Of a stretch of 64,000 nt of DNA, positions 1-14,292 are shown in pieces (positions within the stretch are counted from its first letter, which is position 1; each line of letters begins with the position of its first letter). A program made the position numbers and the translations under genes. Location: NCBI GenBank assembly GCA_965113315.1, contig OZ220370.1; one strand, given 5' to 3'. Under the pieces are notes generated by a model that saw only the letters and a list, made by a program, of their open reading frames with translations, was not told the origin of the DNA and searched no databases. The DNA is from Podarcis vaucheri. Its lineage: Eukaryota.

Positions 1-219
1 TGGGTTGGGAAGTGGAGGAAAGTTTTGTGTGCGTATCTCATACACAAGACACAAACAAGATGCATCACAACAAATTAATCTTTCAGTTAAGTGTATTGTG
101 CCGTGACCTAGCCTTTAATGTACCTCAGCTTTCTAATGGCATACAGTCCTGTGCTGGGTTTAGTAGGGCTGTTCTGCTGTTTTCACTGATAAATTTAGGG
201 GATTAAGGTAGGTGTAAGT

Positions 220-552
220 GGGACATGGGTGGTGCTGTGGGTTAAGCCACAGGGCCTTGGACTTGCCGATCAGAAGGTCGGTGGTTCGAATCCCCGTGAC
301 GGGGTGAGCTCCCGTTGCTCGGTCCCTGCTCCTGCCAACCTAGCAGTTCGAAAGCATGTCGTAGTGCAAGGTAAACAGCGTTTCTGTGTGCTGCTCTGGT
401 TCGCCAGAAGCAGCTTAGTCATGCTGGCCACATGACCCAGAAAGCTGTCTGCGGACAAACGGCGGCTCCCTCAGCCAGTAAAGCGAGATGAGCACTGCAA
501 CCCCAGAGTCATCCGCGACTGGACTTAACAGTCAGGGGTCCCTTTACCTTTT
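220..552 (+). mobile_element. Sauria (Squam1) SINE with an internal deletion
   Basis: tRNA-like head with A box (TGGTGCTGTGG) and B box (GGTTCGAATCC), Sauria body (CCTGCCAACCTAGCAGTTCGAAAGCA) and ACCTTT-type tail. It lacks the TAGATAAATAGGTACC segment present in the other copies in the window. Confidence 0.9.
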
Positions 553-2924
553 AAGTAGGAAGACAATGCCAAGTTATTCTGAGGGAGAAAGAGGGTAAGT
601 TTTTTGGGTTGGGTTGCTCACTTTTTCCTCCCAACAATATGTGAAATGATATTTTGTTGTCATGATACAGCACTGTTGGTCATTGGGAGGGAATGTGGTG
701 GCCTAGCTGCATTGCAGTGGCAGAAAAACCTTTAGTATTAAAGGAAGATAAGTTAGAACAAAAAGATGGTGCCGTTGTGTTTACTGGCTAGTGTTTTGTC
801 TCTGAAAACCTTGGTGACTTTCTCCTCTAAAAAGTCACCAAGCACAGCTTCCCATTTTTGCAGCCTGCAGCTAGAGCTGTGAAGGTGTTCTTGGATAGGC
901 TGTGCTGGGAAGCTGTCAGGTCCTTAGTCTGAGGCATCCAAAACATTATGGCCAGCAGATTTGGCAGGTTGCTGCAGGTGGGCAAAAACTGATTCCTCTT
1001 CTTCCTCTTGGGGAAGTGGCCCATGAGCAGGAACTGTGGATTCATACACATTAAATAAATATGTAATCTAATCACTACTGAGTGTGGTAAATTATAATTC
1101 CAATTGCCAGATGTGGTTCAGCCTTGCAGACTTTTCAAAGGCCTAAATGTTGCAAATAGTGGATTAGCTACACTGCAGTATGAGACAATTCAGCCTTGCA
1201 TAGATCAAAAGTCATATTCTTAAAAGTTTTTTTTTTAATTACACAGAGGATATTGTAGGGTTTAATGTATGTGCCTAACCATGTTTAAATGCGTTTACAA
1301 CAGATCATCAGTTTATTTGCTGTTCTGCCCAAATGGAAACCCAGATTTGCTATCCTACAGAAGCAAATACAATAGCAAACAGTATGAAACATTATCTAGC
1401 AGTTCAGTTAATAATCATTTATGTGCTGGCCCATTTGTGTGTAATTGCCTAGGCTTAATGATCCTGTAATTATTTAAAAAAATGTTTTGTCATTTTTGCC
1501 TCAGATAATCCAGCAAAATGTATTTTGCACGATTGTACATAATGTAAATGTACAATCGATGTTCTTTATCTCAGAGGAAAAAGTAATCCCAAGATTTTAT
1601 ATCATTCTGGCAACATTCCTTTTTATTATTTAATCTATTTATTTTATAATGAGAATTAGTAATCACAATTTGCATTACAAATTTCCGCAGTTTTTAAAAC
1701 CTTGGAGATTTGAAACTTGTAAAATTTATGATGAACACAAACAGTTGCTTTATCAGATGAAGGAGAAAGCTGTCCTGCCAAATTTCTGCCTATCTTCTTA
1801 AAGGCTATGCAAGAGAGAGTTATGTTAGCAGGTGATCAAAGTGTAGAAATGGATATGTGGAGGCAGGCAGGATCTAACCTCCTGGCTACACCCCAATCTC
1901 CAGACTTCAACTTGTTACCTCTGTGTAGGGCCCAAATGTTCTGGTTGTACAATCTGAATGTAACAGCTGCAGAAGGTCCTACACACAGTAAACACATGGA
2001 AATTGTGGACAGAACCAGAAAGCACAACGTCAGCCCCGCTTTCATGCATACATTCATGCCTAGCTAACAGGGTTGTTGGGAGAATAAAATTGGGGGGGGG
2101 GGGGAGAGAAAATCATGTTTGCCACCTTGAACTTATGAAAGGAATGGTGGGACGTAAATACACACTTGGGTGGGTTGTCTGCACAGGGATACACTGGCTT
2201 ACTCCCAGATAAGGAAATCTAATTGAACTCTCAGTTTGCCTTCTGAATTGTTACTCTGATCCCATGGTTAAGATAGGATATCTTTTTGTAAACTGCTTTA
2301 AGGGTGTTTTTTTAAACAGTGGATATAAATTTTAATAAACATTTTTGACCTCTGCTGTGCCTTTAATCCTTGATTGTTTGATCCACAGGTCTTTCAGTTA
2401 CTGAGCAATTTTGTAGGTAGTCATTAAGACTCCCAATCCAATCCTGCAAAAGGCCATGTATGGGCCCAGTTCAGTCATAACCATGGAAAGCCTCATGATG
2501 TTAAGAGCATGAGCTATGGCAAGTCTTGAGCCTGTGTGCTTCCCTTTCTCCTCTTTCCTGCTCCTTCATGTTCAAGAGGTGGAAATGAGAAACATCCGAT
2601 TCAATATGCCGCAAACCACAGTTTGCTGTTTTGTCCAGTTGCAGCAAACCATGGCTTGCGCAAGCCATAGTTTGTCCGTAGCTTGAACCTTGCTCTCATT
2701 TCAGAATCATTTGTAGCCTTGGAACAAAATGGCAGACTGCAACTAGAGCTTCTAATCTCCCATTACACATGGATACTTGACAAGGACCATATTCATGCTT
2801 ATAACCAAAAGGGGGCTGTTACAGCATTATCAGTGCACAGTTTGCAATGGCTGAATGTTACTAGTCAGTAGTAGGAGGGCAACACAATTTGGACAGTATG
2901 GATCTATCTATTGATCTATCTATG

Positions 2925-3140
2925 TTTAGTATACTGCCCTTCATCCATAGATCTCAGGGCGGTTCTCAAGATAAAAATACAAAATACATAATAAAAACAA
3001 GTACAAAACAAAACACTAACTCCTCCCTCTCCCCCTCCCATTTCCACAAACACATTTAAAAGGGTACAGAATGTTAATCAGCCCAAGGCCTGGCTGAAGA
3101 GGAATGTTTTTGCCTGGTGCCTAAAGGTGTATAATGAAGT
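2925..3140 (-). mobile_element. L2-clade LINE 3' end fragment
   Basis: Similar by eye to 48115-48455 (CCCTTCATC..TCAGGGCGGTT..; TTAATCAGCC..GGCTGAAGAGG..TTTT). Confidence 0.6.
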
Positions 3141-3176
3141 CGGGAAGATTTCTCTACATGTCTGTTTGTGTGCATG

Positions 3177-3178
<2 letters not shown>

Positions 3179-3210
<32 letters not shown>
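3179..3210. repeat. (GT)n microsatellite
   Basis: Directly visible. Confidence 0.95.
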
Positions 3211-3213
<3 letters not shown>

Positions 3214-6200
3214 CCAACACACCTATTTCATTTTAAAGTGAGTACATTCTAGTTTTGTTTCTTGGGAATAAAATTCAAATATAATAGAAAACTCATTGAA
3301 TGGAATGGAAAAAGCTAGACAAAAATACACCTTGAAAGGTATATATTTGGCCAGAATATTAATCTTTAAAATATATGAATATGCCCCATGAGACTGAAGG
3401 AAAGGTTCTGCCATCTCTTATTATCTGGCTTAGTAGGCTGAATACATGAATAATTCAGCTGGGAAAGTTTTTCTGGTAATGCATCACCAAGACTCTAACT
3501 ATTAAGATGCCGTCATGAAACACTGGAAGGGGAAAATCCAGTCTCAATTGCTTTAGTGGCTATGGCAGTAATGGGGAATAAATCTGATTTTTCTCACTTA
3601 ACTCTTAACACCTGAGTAACTGTCAGAGATCTTCTGCTGGTATCTGCAGCACAAATGGCAACACAGATGCTTCATTCGGGGGCATAAATTAGCATATCAT
3701 TTCCATAGGGGGGGCACGTTACACGTGATGATGGCTCACCAGCTGGAGCATGCCTGGCCCTTGGGAAGTTTCAGATTCAACGGCAAATCGGTCAATTTTC
3801 CAGGTGAGCAGGAGCCATAGAAACACAAAGCACAGCTTTATTAAAATGAAGGGGATTCAGGTGCCATGTATACAAGGTGACACCTTTTCACTTCAAAATA
3901 ATGACCTTCAGTCTTAACTTGCCTGCCAATACCCATAAATTACAAGGGAAGGGGGGGAGATGCTTTTAAAGGCGCAGGAACAGATGCAGTAAAAACACAC
4001 ACACAACCTACAGCATCCATGCTTCTTATGCTGTGCCATTTACTCTGGCTCCAATGCGCTTCCACCATTGGTGTCTGAAGTCATGCGCACACACAGCATT
4101 AGCCAAAATCCACACCTATCCTCTTGGATGCGTTTCCCCTCAAACCAGCTTCCATCCAGTTTGAAAACATAAAACCATGTTCACTTCACAGTTAAGCTGA
4201 GGTGTGTACGTTTGAGACTGTCATTGTGCATGGCTACGGAGGCTTTAAAATAGTGGACCAACATTTATTTAAAGGGATGTGGAACAGTGACACCAGCTCT
4301 GAGTAGATAGACCAAACGACTTCCTGGGCAGACAAGAACTAACCATACCTCTGCATCTAACAAGTAACCAACCTAACCCCACTCTCCCTAGAGGAGCACG
4401 CCTGGCTTTATTTTGTGGTGGGCGGCATGTTGTGATATACAGTTACTGACTCTTACTGAAAGAGGTAACACTTGCATGCATGAAAGCGATTTGCTCCCAA
4501 CATAGCAAATGCTGTACATGAATGACGAAACTTTCTAAAAGGAGAATTTAGACCCCGTATCTTTGCTAACACAAAGATTGCATGATTTCTTTCGTAAGAA
4601 AACCAAGTAGTTTTCTTTTTAAGTCATTTGGAAGCTTTTTTTTTCATCTTTGTCTTGATGCCAGCTGATGGAGACTTGTTTGCTGCAACTTTTGGAAACT
4701 CTGTGAGGAAACGCTCACTTACAGCATTTCCAAAGCAAACTCGCTGTGATTTATTCTAGTCTCAGTATTTTTGTAGGGAGCATTTGTTTAAAGGTGGATG
4801 AGGGTAGATGTAAATAAAACCAAGTTTAAACATTTCTGGCAGTCACCGTTGTGCTTTGCTCTGCTACTGGAGAGTAGGAATCTCTCTTCCAAACACAGCA
4901 AAGACTTGGTTCATTCAGGCCAGAGAGAAAACAGAATGTTGTTTCTGTTTTCCTAATTTTAATATTGTATAAGTTGATAAATTGAATCAAACTAATATGA
5001 GCCCTTTTAAAGAAAATAAACATATCCCTTGAGTAAAGCTACTCTTGCTACCCCACCTGACATAGTCTTAAAGCATTAAAAACGCACAACTTTTATTTGA
5101 TGAAAGGGAGAAACAAGATTATCTAGAGTAAGACTGCTCCACACTTAATAAAATATAAACAGCTGTTATCTTCTGGCTGCAAGGATAGCTGTTGCCATTG
5201 TTTTCAGAAAACAATCTGCATACAGCTTTAGTTTTAAGAGTTGAACTTAAATAATACTGGTCCCGTATTTCCAACAATGGATATTTACTGCACTCTATAA
5301 ATCACTCAGTTGTAAATGATGCCAGATGAGGCTGGCAGAGGTGAAAGCACAAATACTCATAGGAACATGAGAAGGTGGAATGAGGGTAATATTCTTAATG
5401 CCAAAACCCATTTTGCATTTTCCATCACACTGGTTTTCTGCATTTCTTTCCCCACCAACACACACATATTGAACCATTGTTCAAAACACCCACGAACATT
5501 AGTATGAAGAATGTAAAGTACATGTTACTCTTTCAAATTGAAACATGCCAGAAAAATATAACACTAGAGAAATACTTTTCCTTGGGAAATACCTTCAATA
5601 TCAGTGTGTATCATTTTGGCCACTAGATGTCAATGTGGTTCTACAGTAGTTTGTCCAGCTCAAATTAGGGGGGGCATATGGGTCTATTTCAACATCCAAT
5701 AGCCAGTATAGAGATATCATCCTTTACAGGACACTTGTGAATTAAGCAGGTATGACAAATTAAGTTATACAAGCAGGACTCCTGTACAAATCTGGGAGTG
5801 TCATGCTTTCTAAGTGGTAAGACACTAATACTTCAGGATATTAATCTCAATTCACTAACGGTTGGTGTGTCCCGTCCCCTCTCTGCCACCCTCCCATTGG
5901 AAGAAAATTTTGCTGTTTAAAAAGAATATCAAGAACAACTATTTACTATTCATTTGGTGGAATGGGGGGGCTATATATCAAAAAGCACTTTAAAAAGATG
6001 ACAGAAAACATGCTAGAAAAATAGCAAAAAATAAAAAAATAAAATAAAAATATCAAACTCTTGGTCCAAACCCCCTGGGAAACAGAACCCTGGATTCTCA
6101 GTTCATCTATTCTCAGTCCACCAAGTACAGACGGACATCCTTTTGCTCCATAATTACCAAACAGGACATCAATGCTGCTGCCACAGCATAATGATGGTTT

Positions 6201-6797
6201 ATTCGTTATTTAGTGCTGAGGGTTGCCACCACCTACACATCACCAATATGACATGATAAAAAAAAGAATAAAAATAGTGTTCTTCATGCTATTTGCTAGC
6301 AATGTTGGTAAGCAGTTTTCTTTCATTTTAATGGAGGGGGTCAGGTGCCAACTTTCTCAACTCATAGGCTCATTGAAGTTCCATTACTGGATAACTTTGA
6401 GTGTAGCAGCATATACTATTTTAAAGCAGGTGGAGATTTAGACTGCAAGCAACCCTATATGCACTTCCCTGGGAGTCAGGGCTCCCCCAGATTACCAATT
6501 TACTCAGAATTCATCCTGATTTGCTTGCACAAAGCTTACATGGTGGTTAGACTATCTCTGATCTTCACTGAGCAATTATTTCATGTCAGGGCACTGTCTG
6601 ATAAGCAAGGTAAGGCTGACCAGCCAAGGGCTATGAAAGGGAAGGATTGTTTTCTGAGATGGGGAAGGGGTGTAGGTTATTAAGGATACATTGGAATGGT
6701 TTTAGCTGGGAGCTATAGGTGACAACAAGTGGTGCTCTGTCATTTTCCCTTCTTGGTCTGTCCTCTTGTAGATTGTCTATGGATACAAAGAAGTAAC

Positions 6798-6934
6798 CAG
6801 TGATATTTTTCTATAAAAAGAGGTGTTGGAACTCACCATGAAGGCCTTCCTTGTTCTCTTATAATGACAATGGTGGCCACCTGAGAGGTGCTGGAACTGA
6901 GTTCTAGCAAGTTCCAGCTGAAAAAAAAGCCCTG
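6798..6934. mobile_element. hAT-like non-autonomous DNA element (MITE)
   Basis: Ends CAGTGATATTTTTT / AAAAAAAAGCCCTG; 8-bp flanks GAAGTAAC / GGAGTAAC match at 7 of 8. Confidence 0.6.
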
Positions 6935-7295
6935 GGAGTAACTCAGTGGTTTTCTTGATTCATCTGAAAATAATAATATTTATAACAATACCAGCAACAA
7001 ACAGCTATGATTATAATTATTATTATTCACCCTTCACCACAAGGTTCCATGGTGGGTCACAACATTGTAAAAACAGCTGAAAACAACTCACAAGCACAAC
7101 TGGACTGATTTGTGTGGGTGTGGGTGTTGTCACATGCCAGGGTAAAGATGTGCATCTTTAGCAAATGAAAGAAAGTATCAGTTGAAGGTGCCAGGTGCTC
7201 CTCTGTGCGGAAGGAATTCCACAAGTGAGGGGCTGTTTTCTCCTAAGCTTTTGAGGGCAGAGAAAATATCAAGAGAGCAAAAGGGTAAAGGACCT

Positions 7296-7643
7296 AAAGG
7301 TAAAGGGACCCCTGACCATTAGGTCCAGTCATGGCCGACTCTGGAGTTGCGGCGCTCATCTCGCTTTATTAGCCAAGGGAGCTGGCGTACAGCTTCCGGG
7401 TCATGTGGCCAGCATGACTAAGCCACTGGCGAACCAGAGCAGCACACAGAAACGCCATTTACCTTCCCGCCGGAGCGGTACCTATTTATCTACTTGCACT
7501 TTGACATGCTTTCGAACTGCTAGGTTGGCAGGAGCAGGGACCGAGCAACAGAAGCTCAACCCGTTGCGGGGATTTGAACCGCTGACCTTCGGATCAGCAA
7601 GTCCTAGGCTCTGTGGTTTAACTCACAGAGCCACCCGTATCCC
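7296..7643 (-). mobile_element. Sauria (Squam1) SINE, full length
   Basis: Reverse complement of the family at 220 and 39792, with the (AAAGGT) tail at left and the tRNA head at right. Confidence 0.92.
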
Positions 7644-9491
7644 TTAGAGAGACCTACTTGCAGCCTAACTCAGGGGCAGCAACCTTAAAAGAAAACAAGA
7701 GGTAAGCCCAGAAAAAAGTAATAATTACTCCCTCAAGTAACCATTCTTTGTTATTTGTTTAGGGATGAGGTAGAGTCAATGCAGTGCCCTCTAGATGTCA
7801 TTGAAATAACTCCCATAATTCCTGACTATTGGCTATGCTGATAGGGGCTGATGGGAGTTGTAGTCAAAAATATCTGAATGGCACCATGTTGGCTACCCTT
7901 GAGTGAGCTCATCCATTTCTTTTGTGCTTTACATTCTTCCTAAGAATATATGCTCATGCTGGATAAATTCTATTTCTTGGGAATGCTACATACCTTGCTT
8001 GCTGCCTTCTACACTTCTTCAGTTGTGCATTTTCTTATAAAAATGCATTTCCCTGCGCACCACGGGGGAGCCCTACTGAGCTCAATAAGAACTCACAGTA
8101 TGCACTGTTATTATGCTGTCATCTTTGCTGGATCAGATTGCTAATTGTTTGGGGCAGATGCCTTTTCTTTATGGCATCCAGTAAGGGGGCGGGGAGGGGG
8201 GGAATGTTACCAGCTCTACAGGAATATGCTTTCCCTGGATTTACACCATTTGGAAACTCAAATCTACCAGGAAGTTTCCTGTTAAATCTATATCTCCATC
8301 TATCTATATAAAGAAGCCCATGTATTTTCCTGATAGTGTAATTATTTTAAGAATTCATGTGGTTTTTTTTAAAAAAAGTCGCAGCCACAGAAGGACCTTA
8401 CAAGGCATCTCTCAGCCCTCAGTGTGTTAAAATGGCTGACTAGAGAGACTAACATAACCTTAACTGTAGTGGCATGAACAACATACCAGTGTAATAATTC
8501 ATTTAGAATGATGACACCTGAGACCTAATTTAAAAGTCCTAGATGAATTCTGTTCTCACATTCAAGCCTCAAGGCTGCTGCAAACATACCTACGAAATCC
8601 TAAGAACTATAGTGAGCCTAATTGAATTGGACTTAAATGGACCGTTGAGGTGGCCTCACAGAGCTCCGGGGAATTTATATTGTCTATACTGTATCAGAAT
8701 CACAGCTTGAACTGAATAACTGGTTACATTCAATCATGTTACTGTAACTCATGCTTGAGGTAAAGGGGAAACCTTTAGCTATCAGCAAGGCTGTATGGAA
8801 AACAATTTCAAATCACTTTAAACCCAGTTGGCAACTACTTTGCCAATTACGGAGTCCTTTGGGAGAGGTGTGTGCTAGGGCTCAGGACTAAATGATTTAT
8901 GTCAAGCGCCCTGGTCTCTGAGGCATATGTGGGAGCCTGCAGAGGAGGTGCTTCTGGCTAATTATTTCTCCTAAGAATACTTTAGCGAAGGTAATTTGCG
9001 CTTGCAGATGAGTCACACACTGAATAAAAAGACAAGAGGGAAACGGAGGCTGCAGCGAAATGGTATACCAAGAGATAAAAGGGAAATGAAGAGGGTTCTT
9101 TGAAAATGTTCAATCTAGTATGTAAAAACGAAGAGCAAACGCTTAGATTTGCACTGGAGAGGGGGAATTCAAGAGTAATGTAAAACACATTTTAACGATA
9201 ATATCTGAATTTGGAATATAGTTTAAAATGCTGCTAAGGTTCTCTTTCTCAAGTGGCATTCATATTGCAGTCATTAATGTTAAGGAAATATGAGTATTAT
9301 TAATCCAGAGCAGCTGATGCAATATGGGCCGAAGTACATTTCTGGATTAAAAGGAGGTGCTTCACTTTGTACCGGCTTCTTGTTAGGGGTTTGCTCGCTA
9401 TAATTGGAAAACTCATAATAGCTTTCCCCCAAAGTTGGAATTTGAAGAGCAGAGCTCTTTAAAGCTTCTATTTCTTTTAGCTCCAATCCAA

Positions 9492-9611
9492 GGGTTGTAG
9501 TCAAGTAGGTCCTATTCAGAACAGACGTATTAAAATGGATGAATCTAAGTTGGCCATGTTTATTAATGTCAATGGATCTACTCTGAGTAGGAATGGCATT
9601 GCATACCACCC
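9492..9611. repeat. Old palindromic ~110-120-bp MITE-like repeat
   Basis: GGGTTGTA..TACCACCC ends with a self-complementary interior. Related copies lie near 38558-38665, 41711-41816, 52312-52420 and 60063-60150. Confidence 0.55.
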
Positions 9612-10283
9612 CATATGTGCAGATGTAATTTCTGTTGTTGGAATTGTCAGGTCTTATGACTGAATTAATACAATCAATAGTGTACTTATATGGTGCTTTT
9701 TTAAGTGCTCAAATTTCTCAAGATGGAAAATCTCAGCAATAATTACAACAACCCTGTAAAGTAGATCTCTGCTGTTAGCCTTGTGGTGAAGGCAGCGAGG
9801 GATTGGGTGAGTTTGAGTGTTTTCACTTGGATCACCCAGTGTTCTTTTAACCTGGTACTCCCAACGCATCATTCATAAACCCATCATTCACTACACTAGT
9901 TCTCAAATGAGTGTACATTAATTTCAGTTTTTAGATTAAGGAGTTATGGTCAGACAATAATACTATGAACTGGATTTCCTTCTATGGCTGGATTTCCTTC
10001 TTGACCAGTTCAAATAAAACTATTGTCATACCACCCCAGCCACAGAGATCAAAGTGAATTTAGATGCATGGCACCTTCATGACAAGCAGGCAACGCACAT
10101 CAAAATTATGAAAAATAATAATCCTATTAAGCAGATGTGGATGTTATTGTCACGTGAAGGTCCTGGCAAAGAATGTGGAATTGATATGTGTTAGAGAGTT
10201 GTGGGTTGTCTAGCCTCCCAAATAGGAATGTTCTGAAATATTCTATCAACTGTGTACTTCTTAGTTAGCATGGTACAATCTGA

Positions 10284-10469
10284 CATAGGCGCCAACCCCT
10301 AGGGGCAGAGAGGTCTTTAGGACCCCCCCCATAAAATATATGAGGGGGCGGGACTCCAAAGTTTATAGGTATTGCCATTCAGATGGTGTGCATGTGCCGT
10401 GTCCTGTGATCAATTATGTGGGGCGGGGCTTACCTGTCCCCCCATATTTCATTCAAGTTGGCACCCCTG
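10284..10469. mobile_element. hAT-like MITE
   Basis: TIRs CATAGGCGCCAAC / GTTGGCACCCCTG; perfect 8-bp TSD CAATCTGA (10276-10283, 10470-10477). Confidence 0.8.
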
Positions 10470-11686
10470 CAATCTGAGCTGTAACTGACAATCCCCACAA
10501 TGGTCTCCAGCTGCTACTTAGACTTAATTGTACTCAGACCCTGCCCTGAAAATAGCAAAGCAAGTGTAGAAAAATATGAATGTTTCATCATGGGTAACAA
10601 AGGGCAGAAGGAGAGCTTCAAAACCAGGAATGTCCCCGGCCTGTCAGAGATATGCTACCTGTCCAACCAACAAGTTGTCAGCTGGCTTCATGTTTACTGT
10701 CAATTCACACATTATGGAATCAACTCTGGATAATCCTGTGCCGGGTTTATCAGTTTGATTGATTGAGCTAAATCACACGCATATTCTTTTAAAATCAGGA
10801 GCTATGTGGACGGTCACAAGGGGTAACAAGGGCCCCCCTGTTGTAATCTGCCCTGGACCGCCCTCCCCCCTTTTGTAATCTGAGCACTAGGGTTGATTCA
10901 GTGTAAATGTTCAAAGTGTAGAAGTTCATTGGAAATGTATTTGCCAGCCCTTTTGTTACAATACACCTCAAGTTTAACATTTCAATTACATTTGCCTCAG
11001 CTGCGTTGGAAGTTCATCCTGTTACGTCGTAGACTAAAACCTCAGAAAGCAAAATTATGTAACATTGCCCAAATCAGTATGAGGACATTAATTGTCATTC
11101 TGAGGATTTCTCTTGCATAAACATCAAAAACATTGGGTATCAATTTAGAACTGTCTTTGCCCCCCCACCTCCTCCTCCTTTTTAAAAACCAAACTAGAGA
11201 TTTAGCGCAGCTGCTGCCAGCAAAATCATATCTGACCCTGAAAAATACAATTGCCATTCTCCTACTTGGAGAATATTGAAAGTCAGATAAGCAGTAGGGG
11301 TTGAAAAGCACTTCAGGCAGTCCCATTAAAAAGGCACAGGCATACCAAGTGCACACAGTTAACCTTAGAAAAAGAGCAGAGAGAATCAGGTGGTGTACAA
11401 ACAGCAATTGTTGCTACACAGGTTGCAGGGGGAAAAGCTGGGGGAAATCATAGTGAATTACTCGGCAATCAAACATGCTACAGAAAGAGTTAAAGCAGCA
11501 TTCGTTTTTCATGCTGCAAAAATGTACTTCAGATAAGAGAACACTTCATATGGTACACAGAGTGACCCCATTAGGCATAGAAGACAAACACTAGTCCTAT
11601 CAGGAAATTCTGCACCTAAGGAGCTATTGTTCCTGCTATGTGAGCATCTTCAGTTGAGCTTCAGAGTTTAGAAGCAAAGGCTAGTA

Positions 11687-11912
11687 CAGTGGTACCTCGG
11701 GTTACATACTCTTCAGGTTACAGACTCTGCTAACCCAGAAATAATACCTCGGGTTAAGAACTTTGCTTCAGGATGAGAACAGAAATCGTGCTCCGGCGGC
11801 GCAGCAGCAGCAGGAGGCCCCATTAGCTAAAGTGGTGCTTCAGGTTAAGAACAGTTTCAGGTTAAGAACGGACCTCCGCAATGAATTAAGTACTTAACCC
11901 GAGGTACTACTG
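11687..11912. mobile_element. Tc1/mariner (Tigger-like) MITE
   Basis: TIRs CAGTGGTACCTCGGGTTA / TAACCCGAGGTACTACTG with TA on both sides. A second copy in the opposite orientation is at 62071-62309. Confidence 0.9.
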
Positions 11913-13260
11913 TACTGGGAGTTTACACCATTCCTGTTAGCCCAGCAGTTACATCAACTCTGCTGCTCTTGTCCCATGTTATTCACATTCTCTCCCCCCC
12001 CCCCAACATTCTCTGTATGTCTGTCTGTTTATTTATTTATAGTGTTATTTAATTGCTACTCTTCATCCAAAAATATAGCAAAAAGGCTTACAAAGAAAAT
12101 AAAAAATGAATACAATATTTAAAATAATAAAGTGAGTAAAAAACCCCCAATGAAAATCCATAAACTATGATCCCACTCGCTGAATATTTCACTCATCCCT
12201 TGACATATTCCACACCCATTAACACCCTAACTTCAACCAAACTACACCTACAGACGTTTACACTTTTAGACACCCCCCACAAACATTTACTTACTCTCAG
12301 CATTTATCAGTCCCACCAGTCCCCTAGGTATATATACAAGATGTTTACACTACAACACCTAACTACAACACTGTCAGTTTTATACTATGTATTCTAGAAC
12401 TCCACCAACACCAATAAAAACTTCAGCTATTCACCAAAATACTCATTCACATCGGATTATTATCTATGGCTGAGAAACCAAGTTCTTGCCCAGGTGGCCA
12501 CCAGTTTCCTGCTGCTACCTGAAACATCACAATGTAGGAAACTGCCTTATACTGAATCTATTTGGTTTAGCATTGTCCACACAGACTGGCAGTGGGTCTC
12601 CAGGAGTTCAGACTGGAGACATTCACAGCCGTTTCCGAAAATGATACTGTGCAGAAGTTCTACCAGAACTATGGCCTTTCCCCAGCTGAGAGATGGCTGG
12701 ACTCCAAACTCTCCCTTCAATGTCCCCACACTCTCACCCTGAACAACATTGTTCGGAAACATGCACCAGGCTTTGTTGAGGCTGAGATATGGCATTTGCA
12801 AGAATGGAACACAATATAATCTCTCTTTGTACAGCATCAAGTTTATTTCTATTTTTACGAGCTTATTTATGCCTGCACTTTATCTTTCTTAGGAAATTCA
12901 TTTGTATGCTTTTGCTTTCTAGCTCTTCACATCTTCCCCTTTGCATGGCTGAGCTTTGCTGATCACAAGGGCTAAGCAGATTGAAAACACATGTGGCTAC
13001 AGAGCAAATGCTACCTTTGACCTCAAGCTATTTCTCCAAGGGAGCATTAAGTTTTCCTGTTGCCTAAAGAATTTATTTTGCCTGGGGCAAAATGCCTTGA
13101 CATATATCAGGCATGTTTTCATTTCAATTACTTTGTAGAATAGTATGTTCATAACCAGTTTTGTGATGCTTCTGGAAATTTTTAGACGCAGTGCTGTAAT
13201 TTTCCTCCAAACTACAGGCATAATCCTGACTTCTAAGTTGGGACAAAAAGTGAGCCACAA

Positions 13261-13830
13261 TAGAATCATAGAATTGTAGAGCTGGAATGGACCCTGAGAG
13301 TCATCTAGTTCAACCCCCTGCAATGCAGGATTCCCAACTAATGCATTCATGACAGATGGATGCCACCTTGTGAGGGAGTACATTCCACTGTCAGAACGTT
13401 ATTCCTGATGTTTAGTCAGAATCTCCTTTCTTGGTTCAGGTCCTACTCTCTGGGGCAGGAGGAAACAAACTTGCTCCATCTTCCATGTGACCTCCTGGTT
13501 TGGTGTCATCTGCAAATTTGATGAGCGTTCCCTCAATTCCTTTGTCCAAGTCATTTATAGCTTGGGCAAAGGAATTGAACAACAATGGTCCCAGAAAGAA
13601 CCCTGTGGCACCCCACTTGTCACTTTTTTCCAGGATGATGAGGAACCATTAGGTAACCGACTCTTTGGGTTTGGTCAGTCAACCACCTGCAAATCCACCT
13701 AAGTTACCTCATCTAGCCCATATATTACCAGCTTCTCCACAAGAATATCACAGGGGATCCACCAAGCTTGTAAGTCTATCAAAAAAAGAAATGAGATTCA
13801 CCTGGCATGACTTACGTTTGAGAAACCCAG
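13261..13830 (-). mobile_element. CR1 (L3) LINE remnant with internal deletions
   Basis: CR1 3' terminus (TAGAATCATAGAAT on +). The minus strand encodes LIKFADDTK (GGTGTCATCTGCAAATTTGATGAG on +) and a GVPQG-like motif. Confidence 0.85.
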
Positions 13831-14190
13831 GCTAGAAATCACATCTTTCCTCTCTTCATGTGCACCCAAAATCTACTCCAATGTCGTCATCCCCCAACCC
13901 TCTGAAGCAGATTTTGAGGGGGTGAGAGGACTGCAGAAGAAAGGAGAGGAGATAGACCTTCCATTGCACAAGCAGTGCTGGGCCCAGCCTTAAGGATGCA
14001 ACTAGATGTTGGATGCATATTACACAGGAACAGCCACTTCTAGATTTGTAGTTGGCACTGGAGAAATGGAAAGGAAAGGGTGTTCAGCACTTCACCTTCC
14101 TGCCATTTTCAAAGTCTAAATCAGCTGCCTCAAACAACCCACTCACTACCAACATAGGGGCACAATGAAAAAGGAAAGTAGCAGATAAGG

Positions 14191-14292
14191 CTATGTAGAG
14201 GGAAGTTTTTAATGTTTGTTGTTTTATTATTTGTTGGAAGCTGCCCAGGGGCAACCCAGTCAGATGGGCAGGGTACTACTACTACTACTAAT
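14191..14292 (+). mobile_element. L2-clade LINE 3' tail ending in (TAC)n
   Basis: GAAGCTGCCCAG..CCCAGTCAGATGGGCAGGG followed by a tandem tail; same family as 45625-45764. Confidence 0.7.
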
